From: Hypanus sabinus
Lineage: Eukaryota
Length of the DNA: 64,000 nt
NCBI RefSeq assembly: GCF_030144855.1
Contig: NW_026781090.1
Coordinates: 186,001 to 250,000 of the forward strand
Reading direction: 5' to 3'
Of this stretch, positions 51,398 through 64,000 are shown one piece after another. Position numbers and translations under genes: made by a program. The notes beneath the pieces were generated by a model. The model saw only the letters and a program-made list of their open reading frames with translations. It was not told the DNA's origin and did not search any database. Every line of letters begins with the position of its first letter. The stretch's first letter is position 1.

Positions 51398-51403
51398 GAC
51401 TGA

Positions 51404-52515
51404 GATGGAATGGGAGAAATATCTGAATAAAATCGGGGCGGGCGAGGAAATGTCTCGCTGGAAGGTGACAGGTGAAGCCAGGTAGGTGGGAAAGCTCAAG
51501 AGGAGAAGAAATTAGAGTCTAATAGGAGAGGAGAGTGGAGGATAGGAGAAAGGGATGGAGCAGTGGACCCAGAGAGAAGTGATAAGCAGGTGAGAGGACG
51601 TGAGAAGTCAGAGAGGGAGTGGGAGTGGGAGGGAAATTTGTTCACCGGAAGGAGAAATCTATATTTCTGCTATCAGGTTGTGGGGGGGGGGTGCCCAGAC
51701 GGAGTATAGGTTGCTGATCCTGGACCCTGAGGGTGGCCTCATCTTGGCACAAAATGGGCTGACGCGGAATGGGAATCGGAATTGAAATGTTTGGACACCG
51801 GGAAGTCCCGCTCGGAGCGGGTAGTTCAAAGTTTAATTTATTATCAAAGCAGGTATCCATAAATTACGCTGAGTTTTTCTTCTTCTCCAGAGACCCACGA
51901 AACAAAGAAAGAGCGTGAAAGTCGTTCAGAAACTCCCACCCCACCCCCCGCATAAAAAAGGACAGCATCCTAATCATCAAACCCCAAAACCCACCCTTCC
52001 GATAAAGAAAACAACCCTGTGTACGTATTCTAAGATAACAGCCCTACTTATGCTATCAAGTTGGGGAAGGGGGTACCCAGACGGAATATGAGGTGCTGAT
52101 CCTGGACCCTGAGGGTGGCCTCATCCTGGCACAAGAGGACACGATGGGTTGACATGTCGGAACTGGAATGGGCATCGGAATGAAAATGCTTGAGTCCTGC
52201 TCGGGGCGGAGAGTTCAACGGTTAATTTATTATCAAATCAGGTATCCATATACAACTGCAAGTTTTTTTCTTCTCCAGAGAGCCATGAAAGAAAGAAAAA
52301 GCATGAAAGTCGTTCAGAGAAAAAAATCAAACTCTCACCTCACCCCCCCCCCCGCGCGTAAAAAAGAACAGTATCGAAATTAACAACCCCCAAAAAACAC
52401 CCCTACCCCGCACAACTGCGGAGGAGCCGGTATCACCAGTATAGAGGCGGCCACATCGGGCGACCCCGGAAGATTCAGAGGTGAAGTGTCGCCTCACCTG
52501 GAAGGATGTTTGGAC
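51404..52515 (-). mobile_element. Penelope-like fragments with local tandem duplication (~51670-52010 and ~52050-52410)
   Basis: Similar to the Penelope 3' region at 55400-55720; continues the repeat broken at 48469. Confidence 0.6.
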
Positions 52516-52959
52516 AACGGAGAGAGTTCGGCCGTCCGGCCCTTTCACTGTGACACACCGAACTCCACATCAAATCCGGCCAAACGAATCTGGGTGAGCT
52601 TTAATGACCAATAAATATAATTCCTCTCAGCAATCAGCTGTCTGAATGATCCCCTGACTCTGAGAGGAAGGGGTATCTATGGTCCGCACTGTCAGGGTGT
52701 TGAGTTTACCAGGAGACAAAGACTGCAGGGACGAGAGGTTTTCTGTTGACCAATACACTGTGTGTGGACCCCGCTGGCAATGCTGGTGTTGTGACCCGAA
52801 TCGAGACAAACACCACGCTGCCCACTCCATCTACAACACGGCACAGCCGGACACATAACAGGGGACTTTACATCCCACAACCCTGGATTCAGTGATGAAA
52901 CCCGTGATTAATGTTGTTGTCCCACTGAAAAGACCATTAAGGTGCTTTTGAATGCCAGC

Positions 52960-53430
52960 GCTCTCCCACAGGTGACGTCACACAGCTCCTCCCCTCACGC
53001 GCCTGACGTCACACGGGCTCCCCACACCGGGATCTGCCCTCACGTGCGCGGTGTCTTACGTCACCCACGCGCTGCTGTGCTCGAGCTTTATCGGTTTAAC
53101 GGCTGGGCTAATAATCACGTGACCAGCCCCTCCCCCACCGCTGTCAACAGAGGATTCAGGCGCTGCGCTATTCCCATTGGTGCGAAGCGACGTCAGTCAC
53201 TGGTTACAACCAATCGCGGAGGCGGACAAGCCGAGTGGGCGTTACCCCGCTGAGTTCGTCTCCCGCTCGAGCGCCGAGCGCCTCCTCAGAGCGGAGAAAA
53301 CCTCAAAGTAAATGTCCGCTTTCTGATTTATTTCCATTTCCCTCCGAGGGAAGTTGGGGCGTTTGTGAAGCGCCTCCTGCGGCCGGAGTCTGATGTATCC
53401 GCTCGGCCCGTCGGTTCGATGCCGTTTCCC
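52960..53430. promoter_or_regulatory. CpG-island promoter
   Basis: Two TGACGTCA plus TTACGTCA and CGACGTCA, CACGTG boxes, CCAAT/ATTGG boxes, high CpG. Confidence 0.7.
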
Positions 53431-54860
53431 CGGGGAGGGAGGGATTTTATTGAAAGGATGAAGATGGTGAGAGAGGGGGCGGACAGGATGTTTGTCCCGG
53501 TGGGGACAGGATGGGCTCATCTGTGGAAATATCTGAGCCCACGGTGGTGCCGAGCAGAGGGATTCACCACATTGGGGGCAAACACCGGCAGACTGTTGCC
53601 CTGCAAGCGAGGCCAATGGTCCGGGCAAAGTGACAATAATTTGTGCTCTGTTGAGATTGTACCTGGAATATGGTGTAAAATCCCGCTCCCCATACTAACA
53701 CGGGTTATACAGACCAAAGAACAAACTGCCGGAGGAACTCAATGGTCGGGCAGCATCTGTGGAGGGAAATGGACCGTCAACATTTCGGGCCGAGACCCTC
53801 CCTCTGGACTGAAAGTGGACGGGAAATAGTCAGAGAAAAGAGGTGAGGGGTGGGGATGGGGCAAGAGCTGGGGAGTGAGAGGTGGATCCAGGTGAGGGGG
53901 AGGTGGGAAGGTGGAAATAGTGACAGGGGTGGGAGGTGAGGGGTTGGGGCAACACGGGGCTGCAGAAGATGGTAATTAATTCCACAGAGGATAAACAAAG
54001 AGGTTAGAGAGTATTTGTTAGAGAGAGTGCAATGCAAATTCACCAGACTGATCCCTGGGGTGCTGGGCTCATCATTTGAATAAAGATCAAATGTGATAAC
54101 CCTTTCATTTAGAGAATCGAGGATTGAGACACATTGAAATGTACAACATCAATACCGGCTGAACCAGGGATCACAGTCTCTGAAAAAAGGAGTGGTCTGT
54201 CCGGGACTGAGATGAGGGGAAATGTCTCCACTCCGAGGGTGGTGAATGTCTGTAAACCCCACCTCAGAGGTTGTTGAAGACTCGGTGATCGTCCCCACGT
54301 AAAACAGAGGCCTACTCATGTGTGGAGACCGAAGGGATTGAGGAAATTAGGATCGGACAGAAACATGTGTCTGAGATGGGAGAGCAGCCGCCATCTTGTT
54401 GATAGTTAGAGGGGCTAAATGGCCACCTACTGCTGTTTCTCACTTGATGTTTCAGTGTTCCTGTCCAGTGAGGCCGGAGGAATGTGAATAGAAATTAGTG
54501 TTTATAAACATCGACTGATTTACATGAAACCTGCACAATTCTGGTTTGGATCTAAAATGTTAGTCGGATCGGAATGGGATTCGAACCTGTAGCCCCTAAC
54601 CCAGGGAGGTGGAGGGATGGGACGGGAATATACGGAGGGAAAATGTTAAACATGTACCCGGTGTAAATAGGGAATAATGTGGGAAATGCGGTGGGGAGGT
54701 CGGGCAGCGTGTGAGGGGCGAGGAGCGGAGTCACCGGGTCACGTGGGAGACCCTCCACCCGTCACGTGATCCCGTTTTACCGCGGATCCGCAGCATCTGC
54801 AGCACACACAAAATGCCGGCGGAACACAGCAGGCCAGGCAGCATCTACAGGGAGAAGCAC

Positions 54861-54894
54861 TGTCGACGTTTCGGGCCGAGACCCTTCGTCAGGA
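54861..54894 (-). ncRNA. Minimal hammerhead ribozyme-like motif (tandem partner at 55033-55068)
   Basis: Minus strand TC-CTGACGA-A-GGGT-CTCG-GCCC-GAAA-CGTC-GACA. Confidence 0.7.
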
Positions 54895-55756
54895 TGTCCA
54901 CCAGCATTTTGTGTGTGTGTTGTTCTCCAGCTTTTTACCTCTTTCCCCAATCAGATCTTCCCTTCTCCAGACAACACACACACAACACTGGTGGAACACA
55001 GCAGGCCAGGCAGCATCTACAGGGAGAAGCACTGTCGACGTTTCAGGCCGAGACGCATCGTCAGGACTAACGGAAAGGAAAGATAGTAAGAGATTTGAAA
55101 GTACGAGGGGAGGGGGAAATGCGAAATGATAGGAGAAGACCGGAGGGGGTGGGGAGAAGCCAAGAGCTGGAAAGGTGATTGGCGAAAGTGATACAGAGCT
55201 GGAGAAGGGAAAGGATCAGGGGACGGGAGGCCTCGGGAGAAAGAAAGGGGGAGGGGGCACCAGAGGGAGATGGAGAACAGGCAGAGTGACGGGCAGAAAG
55301 AGAGAAAAAAACGAGGAGGGTGGCAAAAAAACTAAATATGTCAGGGATGGGGTAAGAAGGGGAGGAGGGGCATTAACGGAAGTTAGAGAAGCCAATGTTC
55401 ATGCCATCAGGTTGGGGGCTACCCAGCCTGATATAAGGTGTTGTTCCTCCAACCTGAGTGTGGCTTCATCTTGTCAGTAGAGGCCATGGATAGACATTTC
55501 AGAAAGGGAATGGGACGTGGAATTAAAATGTGCTGCCACTGGGAGATCCTGCTTTTTCTGGCGGACGAAACGGTCTCCACGAAACGGTCTCCCGGTCTGC
55601 GTCGGGTCTCACCAAAATATAAAAGGCCACACCGGGAGCACCGGACGCAGTATACCACACCAGCCAACTCACAGGTGAAGTGTCGCCTCACCTGGAAGGA
55701 CTGTCTGGGACCCTGAGTGGTGGTGAGGGAGGAAGTGTAAGGGCAGGTGTAGCACT

Positions 55757-56640
55757 TGTTACGAACCCCGTAACTGGGTCACTTACCAGCAAAGATAGAG
55801 ATGTCTGTTGAAGTCTAATGATACTATTTTAACAGTATTTATTAGTAAAAATACACAAAATAATATCAATGCAAATATACAGATAATATACGTCGTCAAT
55901 ACTAAATCTAAAAGTGCGGGTATATTAATAATCAATAAGAAATAAGCTCTATCGTTGTCTCGGGGATAACGAATTGTCCAATGGAAATATACAGTTCACT
56001 GAAGTTCCACAAGCTGTCGTCTTTTGGTTGTGGCTGTGTTGCACTTGGTTGGAGAGAGAGAGAAATACGAATAGAATGGAATAGTTACCGCTACGGGTTT
56101 TCCAACCTTTATGATTTCGATCCTTCGGGAGTCCCGTTGGTGTGGCCGTTCACTTGTGGCCTCTCCTTTAGCTAAAGCCGTTCTTCCGTGGTGAGCCCGC
56201 CAATCCCAGGCAAGGGAAAGGACGCACACGAACCCCACCGACTGTCGCTATTAAAGGCTGTCACGGGATTCCTAGCGTTTCTCCTGGTGCGTCTGAAGGG
56301 GTCGTTCCCCAGACCCTCTTTTATCCTCACTCACGGGGTCTCAGATGTCAATCAGGTTGGGATGATGCAATCCCTCAACCAGCCCACTCTGGTCATTCCC
56401 TGAGGGCTTCAATGAATAGTACAGTACTCAATACACAATTCCGTTTCCCAGAGACAATGGCCGTTATCCGTGGCTCCGTTTCGCTGAGGCCAGGACACAT
56501 TCCAAACCCTGTGTATTCTGAGTGTCCCTCTCTCATTTCCTGGGTCCCAGACTCGAATTAATAGCGATCTTGCGATTCTCCAAAATGAGGGGGCTACTTT
56601 GTACCCTTCGGCCCCTCAGAGTTGCTTCACCTTCGTAACA
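55757..56640 (-). mobile_element. Gypsy solo LTR
   Basis: TGTTACGAA...TTCGTAACA termini, TSD CACT. Confidence 0.9.
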
Positions 56641-56645
56641 CACTT

Positions 56646-57500
56646 CAGATTCAGATTGTTTATTGTCATTTAGAAACCACAAATGCAATGAGTTAAAAAA
56701 TGAGGCAATGTTCTCCAGAATGATATCACAAAAGCACAGGACAAAACAGAGTACACCAGAAAATCCACATACCGTTTGGCAATCCCCAATCCAGAGTCCG
56801 GAGAGGCTGCTGTGTATTAATATCAGGCTAGCATCTTAGCGCGTTCCCCGGAAAGGAGCTCCAAAACCACCAGACAAAACAAGACCAAAAACTAAAGCTA
56901 CAAGACCTGCACAAAACCACATAGTTACAACATATAGTTACAACAGTGCAAACAATATCATAATTGATTAAAAAAAAACAGACTATGGGCACAGTAAAAA
57001 TAGTCCAAGATTTTAAAGGACTGTAAATTCAAAAGAAATCACCACACAGTTTACACGAGTCCCCAAGGTCCCGACAGACTCGCCATCCCACGCCGGCGGC
57101 AGAAGGGAATACCCCCGCTATTGGCTTCCACGGCGCCGCCCGACTCAGCCTCGCAGACGCAGCACACACCGAATGTGCCGAGTCCGTCGAACCTCCGAGC
57201 CAAAGACCATCCCCTCCGGCTCAGCTTCTCCGAGCACCATCCTCTGCCGAGTGTATCAAGACGGCCCCGCCAATGCGACCCCGAGGACTGGGGGCCTGTT
57301 CTTCCCAACAGAGTGTTGGACCTCACAGCAGCAGCAACAAAGAAGAAGAACTTCCTGGGATTTCCCGGTGTTTCTCCGTGCTTCCACGTCCGTTTTCAAT
57401 CGATTATGATGGCGCACGGCACCCCACTTCACAAATAACAGATAATCAGCTCCGGAGTGGCCGCTGCAAGCTGCGTCGCGCCGCCATCTCGGATCTTTCC
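56646..57500 (-). mobile_element. Non-coding non-LTR retroposon (LINE-derived, non-autonomous)
   Basis: Minus strand begins GAGATGGCGGCG and ends AATAAAC-(AATCTG)2; interrupts the Penelope ORF. Confidence 0.6.
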
Positions 57501-58644
57501 AAGTTGTTCCGCTTGCAAGGATAAGTGACAGGAGGGAGATCGGTGGGAATGAATGGACAAGGAAGACGCGTCGGGAACGATCTCTGCGGAAAGCAGAAAG
57601 GGGGGGGGGTGGAAAGATGTGTTTGGTAGTGGGATCCCGTTGGAGGTGGCGGAAGATACTGAGAATTATACGTTGGACCTGGAGGCTGGTGGGGTGGTAG
57701 GTGAGGACAAGGGGAACCCTATCCCGAGTGGGGTGGCGAGCGGATGGGGTGAGGGCATGGGAGTTGGAAATGGGAGAGATGTGTTTGAAAGCAGAGTTAA
57801 TAGTGGAGGAAGGGAAGCCCCTTTGTTTAAAAAAGGAAGACATCTCCTTCGTCCTGGAATGAAAAGCCTCATCCTGAGAGCAGATGCGACGGAGACGGAG
57901 GAATTGCGATAAAGGGATTGCATTTTTGCAAGAGACAGGGTGGGAAGAGGAATAGTCCAGGTAGCTGTGAGAGTCTGTAGGCTTATAGTAGATATCAGTA
58001 GATAGGCCGTCTCCACAGATGGTGACTGAAAGATTAAAAAAGGGGAGGGAGGTTTCGAAAATGGATCAGGTAAATTTGAGGACAGGGTGAAAGTTGGAGG
58101 CAAAGTTAATGAAGTCAACGAGCTCAGCATGCGTGCAGGAGGCAGCGCCAATGCAGTCGTCGATGTAGCGAAGGAAAGGAGGGAGATGGATACTCGTATA
58201 GGCTTGGAACATGGGCTGTTCCACAAAGCCAACAGAAAGGCAGGCATAACTGGGACCCGTGCGGGTGCCCATGGCTACACCCTTGGTTCGGAAGAAGTGC
58301 GAGGAGCCAAAGGATAAATGATTGAGAGTAAGAACTAATTCAGCTGGGCAGAGGAGAGTGGTGGTAGAGGGGAATTGGTTAGGTCTGGAATCCAAAAAGA
58401 AGCTGAGAACTTTGAGACCTTCCAGGTGGGGGATGGAGGAATATGAGGGCTGAACGTCCATGGTGAAAATAAGGCGGTGAGAGCGAAAAATTTTTCATTG
58501 AAAAAATTCAAAGCGTGAGAAGTGTCACGAAAATACATGGGAAGGGATTGAACAAGGGGAGATAAGACAGGGTCAAGGTTTGCAGAAATGAGTTCGGTGG
58601 GGCAGGAGCAATCTGAGACAATGGGTCTACCTGGACAGGCAGGT

Positions 58645-58850
58645 TCAGAGGCCCCGCCCACTTACCTGGTGACGCGCTGGCGACATCGCGCATGCTCAGT
58701 CCGGGAAGGGCGGTGTTGTTTTTCGTTCTTTGTTGAAGCGGGTCGGCGGTGGGATCGGGATCGGGAGGGGGTCCTCACCCTCGCCCCCTGGGGAGCCAGG
58801 GACGGATTATTCTCTGCGGGGCGACGACAACAGTTTCCTTTCGGTGAGTA
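58645..58850 (+). promoter_or_regulatory. CpG promoter and candidate non-coding first exon
   Basis: GC box, GCGCATGC, donor cg|GTGAGT at 58844; similar to the minus-strand junction at 2684. Confidence 0.55.
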
Positions 58851-59194
58851 TTGAAGCAGGTCCGGAGCGGGGAGGTCCCGAATTCAAACGGCAGGACTGG
58901 AGAATAAAAGGTGGGGGTGGGGAAGGGAGAGAACCACAAGGTGATCGGTGAAACCTGAAGGGGGAGGGGGTGAACTTTCCAGAACTGGCGGCCTCGCCCT
59001 GCTTCCTTCACAGAATCTGCCGGGGTCAGATTCGGGTTGTGAGACCTTCACACCGAACCGTCTGAGATGAGCCGCCGCCCAGCCCGTGTTGTTCTGGTCC
59101 TATTAGCAGGATAACGTAAACATGTTTCTATATTGTTACTGACAGAGAATTGTATAATTGCTGTTCTGTGTGTTATCTGAATGTACTTGCCTGT

Positions 59195-59835
59195 GATGCT
59201 GCCACGTCAGTGTTTCTCTGTACCTGTACCTTCCCGTACTTGTGCACTTGGCAATAAATTCAACAGGACCTGAGAAATCTCAGTGAGATTTGATTAGTGA
59301 TGATCATCTTGGCAGCTCGGTAGGTCGAATGTATGCGACAATACACTGTTAAATGCAAAACTCTGAACAGTGTTGATGATCAGAGGGATCTTAGACTCCA
59401 AGTTCATCGCTCCCTGAAAGAGACTGCACAGATTGATCGGGTGGTTAAGAAGGCAAATGACATGGTTGTCTTTATTAGTTGAAGCACTGAGTTCAAAAGT
59501 CGGGAAGTTGTGCTGTAGCTTTATAAAGCTAGTTAAATCTGGAGTGTTTCATACAGTTCTGGTCGCCCCCATTCTCGGAAGGATGTCGGGGCTTTGGACA
59601 GGGCGCAGAAGAGGTTTACCAGGACACTGCCTGGATTAGAGGGCATGAGCTATAACGAGAGGCTGGATAAACTTGTGTTGTTTTCTCCAGAGCGGCGCAG
59701 GCTGGGGTGAGACTGGATGGACGATTAGACGATTACGAGAGGGATAGACGATATATTTTTCCCAGGGTTGAAATTTCTAAGATAAGAGGCCATTCATTTG
59801 AGGTGAAAGGGGATAGGTTAATGGAGATATGAGGG
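59195..59835 (+). repeat. Inverted paralog of the CR1-containing block, lacking the solo LTR
   Basis: Reverse complement of ~32690-32998 joined to ~33759-34075. Confidence 0.85.
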
Positions 59836-60384
59836 GCGTGTATGTTGTTCCTCACCGAGTCTGCTGGGTCGTTCACTGAAATTTGCTCCCTGGGGAGGGA
59901 GACCCTCCGCTCAGACGTAGTAATCACCCTGCGCATGCTCACAGCCGCCCCCCCCCCCCCACCCGGATGGATGGTGGTTTATCTCCCCGTTCGTTGTTGA
60001 AACGATATATATTCCTTAATTGAATACACTGAGCACTGTGCTGTACTGTTCAATGTTCTGGGTCTCTTGTGGAGAGGTTTTGGGGTAATGGAGGCAAAAA
60101 GGCTGAGTGGGAACAACAGGTCGCTGGAGTCCAGTGTGGGAAATGTGAGATCACCCACTTCTGTAGGAGAAACTGAAATCCTGAGTGTTAAAATGGAGAG
60201 TTTAAGTGCAGAGGGTAGAGAGGGAGGTGAAAGGTACATTGTATTTATTGTAAGAGTTATTGGGTGTAAGAGTGAAATGACATTAACAATTACTCGCGTT
60301 TTGTTGAGATTGTACCTGGGATATGATGTAAAATCCCGCTCTCCATGGGTTATACCGACCTGCTGTTGAAGAAAGGCTTAAAAA

Positions 60385-61650
60385 AAAAACCCAGCAAACT
60401 ATAGACCAGTGCTTCTGACATCAGTATTAGAAGCACTGCATATATGAGTATTTGAAAAGACAAGACTGACTTGGAACAGTCAGCATGACTTTGTTTACTC
60501 CTGGCAACACACACAATTTTTTTTTGATGAGGTTATTGGGAATATTACCAGGAAAGTAGATAAAGGCAATGAAGCGAATGTTGTTTACATGGTCTTTTGC
60601 AAGCATTTAGCAATCCTGCATGGGAGGTTGGTCAGGGAAATTCATTTGCATCACGTTCAATGTAAGGAAGTAAATTGGAGTAAATAATGGCATTTTGGGA
60701 GAAAGTGGACTATGATGGTTGATGATTGTCTACATTAATCGTTGGGTCCGTTGCTGTTTGTCATCTATATCAATGATTGGGATGGTAATGTTTTTAACTT
60801 GATAAGCACATTTACATGTGACGCCAAGATTAGGGGTGTCGTTCACAGTGAGGGAAATTATCTATCATAGGTTACAGGGATCTGGAACAGCTGGAAATAC
60901 TGACCTGAAAATGGGAGATGGAATTTAATGCAGGCAAGTGCGAAGTGTTGTGCTATGTTAGGTCTTGCACAGTAAACAGTGGAGCACTAACGTTGCGGTG
61001 GAACAAAAGGATCTGGGAATAAAGGTCCATAATTCATTGAAAGCAGCGCCACAGGTAGATAGGGTGGTTAATAAATGCTTTTGGCATAGTGACCTTCATC
61101 AATTAAATCATTGACTGCAGGAGAAGGGATGTTAGTTTGAAGTTGTATATGACATCGGTGAGTCCAAATTTAGAGTATTGTGTGTAGTTCTGGTCACCTA
61201 CCTACAGGAGAGGTGTAAGTTTGAAAGTGTACTGGGAAAAACTTCAAGGAGGTTTCTGGAGGCCCTGAGTGATAAGGAAAGGTTGAATAGTTTTGGACTT
61301 TAATCCTTGAAATGCTAAAAATTGAGAGGAGATTTGACAGAGCAGTGCAACATGAAGATGGGTATAGATTGGTAAATGCAAGCAGGCCTTTTCCACTGAA
61401 GTCAGGTGGAACGACAACCAGAGATCATGCATCATGGGTGACAGATGAGAAGTTTTAGTGGGACATGAGTGGATAAGTCTTCAATCAGAGGGTCGAGAGA
61501 ATGTGGAACGAGCTGCCAACAGGAGTGGTACATGCGAGCACGATTTCACCTTTGAAAATATGGATGGGGGAATATGGCTACTGTGCAGGTGGGTGGGAAC
61601 AGGTGGTTTAAATGGCTCAGACAATGCACCTGTACTGTGTTCTGTTTCGA
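60385..61650 (+). mobile_element. Old degenerate CR1 RT fragment; part duplicated at ~63615-63985
   Basis: Decayed YRPV.LTS, QH.F and EYCV.FWSP motifs; shared CACGTTCAA(T/C)GTAAGGAAGTAAATTGG. Confidence 0.7.
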
Positions 61651-62539
61651 TATGACTCTCTAACCATGACTCCTTGATCACAGACAGAAGTTTGATTGAG
61701 TAAAGATCCGAAATTAATATCAGACTTGAATAATTCACACCTTAATTCCCCAAGAATACTCAACAGCCTGGATGTGTTTTGACATGGTTTTAAACTGCTC
61801 CCTGTCATGGATATTTCGTAACCAGGGAAAGACAAAATGCTGGAGTAACTCAGCAGGTCCGGGCAGTATGTATGGAACTGAATACAACGGGAACGTATTG
61901 GACCGAGACCCTTCAGTGGAACTGGAAAGGAAGAGGGAAGAGGCAATACCATTGATTGATTTGGAAGGTGCAGGTTGCTTTTGTGTGAGACTCGGAGCTC
62001 AGGGTTTGTGTTTAAACAGCTGCCTGCATATTCCTCAGAACAGGGAGCAGCCTTTCTGCTGAAACCAATTCAAACTGGTTTGACATTTCACTCTCTATCA
62101 CATAAACAAAGTCACATCAGTGTTCTGTTTAACTATTTCTGCATATGCAAATATGCTAAACTGTTAATAGTTTGCAAGGAACCTGTAACATGTCATAAAC
62201 GACACTGCCAACGGGCTTGAACGAGCTACATTACCAGTTACAGTTGCTGTCCTGTTTGCTGTGAGTTTGCAGAATTTAATTATTTTTACTTAAAACTCTC
62301 ATTATCTGCAGTTGTTTTAAAACTTTTTTTATGATACCTTAAAAAAAAGATTCATGCCATTCCCAACTGTGACATTCCTTAATACAAAGACACAACACAG
62401 TGTATGAAAAATGCATCTTTCCCAAATTTGCCAATAACCCTTAAAATATTGTTGATGTAAGGGTAAAGGTGAGGGGCAGAATGAGGTGGAGAGAGAGAAA
62501 GGTTGAGCAGGGAGAGGGGAAAAAGTCAGGGCGAGGGTC

Positions 62540-63458
62540 TGTTATGTACCCCGTAACTGGGTGTCTAATCAGCAGAGAAAGAAGAATTCATTGGAGTCTG
62601 ATGGTACTATACTGAAGGTGTTTATTAATAAAAATAAGCAAAATAATATCACTAATGCAAATATACATATAAAACCAGTTAGCAGTAATAAACATAAAAG
62701 TGTTGGAATAATAATAATAATAATCAATAATAAACAAGCTCTATTGATGTCTAGGGGTAAATAAATTGTCATAGAAAAGGATAAAGTTCAGTTCATGAGT
62801 GCTGATGTAGTTATAGTTGTTGTATTGTAATGGTTGGAGAGAGAGAGAGAGCGAGCAAGATGTAACAGCTACAGTCAGGCAAACCTCTCTTTGCTTTCTT
62901 AATCCGTCATATCGGTGTGGTCATTCAGTTATGACCTCTCCATTCTTCTGTGGTGGACTCGTCACTCTGGCATGAGTGGACACACACACAAGTCCCCACC
63001 AGCCCTGCTTTTACACTGATAGCCTTACTGACCGACTTCCTGGTTCGGTCTCCGAAGCCCCCACCTTTCTTGTGGGTTCCAACACTCAGTCAGTGTCCAC
63101 TGGCGTGTCTGGAGGGTGTCTCTCCAGACCTGTCTTTTATCCCTACTCACTGGGACTCAGCTATCCATCACTCCTGAATGACTGTGTCCATCAAATCAGG
63201 CCACTCCTTCAATCCACTGAGGAATGTTTATGAGCAAACTATTGTCCTTGCAGTGAAACAGTAAATAATTCAAAAAGGAGTCACAATATGGTTAATCAGT
63301 AATTTCCCCCTCTCTCTGATCTGTCGCTGATGTTCCTGCTTGTTTTTCCATCTCTCTTTCTCATGGTCAGCATAGCAACAGTAATAGTTTGTGTTTCTCA
63401 GGAGGGGAATGGTTAACTCTACCCCATTGTCCATCAGGTCTATTCATCACTCATAACA
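62540..63458 (-). mobile_element. Gypsy solo LTR
   Basis: TGTTATG...CATAACA termini, imperfect TSD GGTC/TGTC; homologous to 43194-44167. Confidence 0.85.
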
Positions 63459-64000
63459 TGTCTATGAGGTGGACAGGGAGCAACTAAGATGAAGTAGAGT
63501 CAGTGGAGTAGGTAGACGGGGGGTAGATGTTGGGACACAATGGGGAGACAGCGGAAGGGAATATGATTAGAGAGAAAGGGACAGAAAGGGAGTTTGGTAA
63601 AGAAAATTTATTTGCTCCACGTTCAACGTAAGGAAGTAAATTGGCATAGACAGTGGAGCTTTGGGCGAAGGCTGACAATGATAGTAGATGATTGTCTCCC
63701 TGATTGGGGGTTTATGACCGGCGGAGAGCCACAGAAATGGTAGTTGGGCCGTTGCTGTTTGTCATCTATGATAACGTGTTTAACTTGATAAGCACATTTG
63801 CATATGACAGCAATATCAGGGGTGTAGTCGGCAGAGAGGCAGGTTACAGTGGGATCTGGCGCAGCTGCAAATACTGAGCTGAAAATGGCAGATGGAATTT
63901 AATGTAAGCAAGTGCAAAGTGTTGCACTATGTAGGTCTTCCACAGTAAACGATAGCGCACTAAAGAGTGCGGTGGAATAAAAGGAATAAGACATTGCTGA

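Larger units (their letters stand above)
54795..58625 (-). mobile_element. Penelope-like element (RT + GIY-YIG), degenerate and interrupted
   Basis: GRPIVS, KGVAMGT..GPSYA, LRYIDDCIG RT motifs; VVYCVRCSRCGLLYFGETRR GIY-YIG; tandem terminal repeats at ~54800-55070. Confidence 0.9.

Noticed and set aside
54565-54600. Minus-strand GGTTCGAATCCC B-box, possible tRNA
   Set aside because: No A-box, D arm or acceptor stem found; at most a relic.

Overview
Vertebrate (eukaryotic) genomic DNA. The repeat inventory (CR1, Rex/Babar-like, L1/Tx1 LINEs, Penelope-like elements, Gmr1-like Gypsy) and zinc-finger style suggest a cartilaginous fish, probably a ray; this is inference. The window is part of a tandemly duplicated C2H2 zinc-finger cluster. 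It holds two long finger-only ORFs (25011-26318, 15 fingers; 40149-41816, 19 fingers), a decayed third paralog (~35112-35520), and several CpG-rich promoter/first-exon candidates. Most of the rest is nested transposable elements. The most notable structures are: (1) a very young non-autonomous BEL/Pao LTR element (7070-10416) whose single intact 634-aa ORF lacks all enzymes, has an expanded E/A/R/K helical repeat, and has a non-tRNA-like primer site; (2) a fold-back retroviral-type element with inverted 5'-type LTRs, an internal hairpin and a perfect tRNA-Pro PBS (1117-2347); (3) a Gmr1-like Gypsy with SCAN-related capsid inserted in sense at the end of a zinc-finger gene; (4) Penelope-derived minimal hammerhead ribozymes; (5) a CR1 insertion carrying an inverted copy of nearby DNA inside its target-site duplication. 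All alignments and counts were done by eye, and boundaries of degenerate repeats are approximate.
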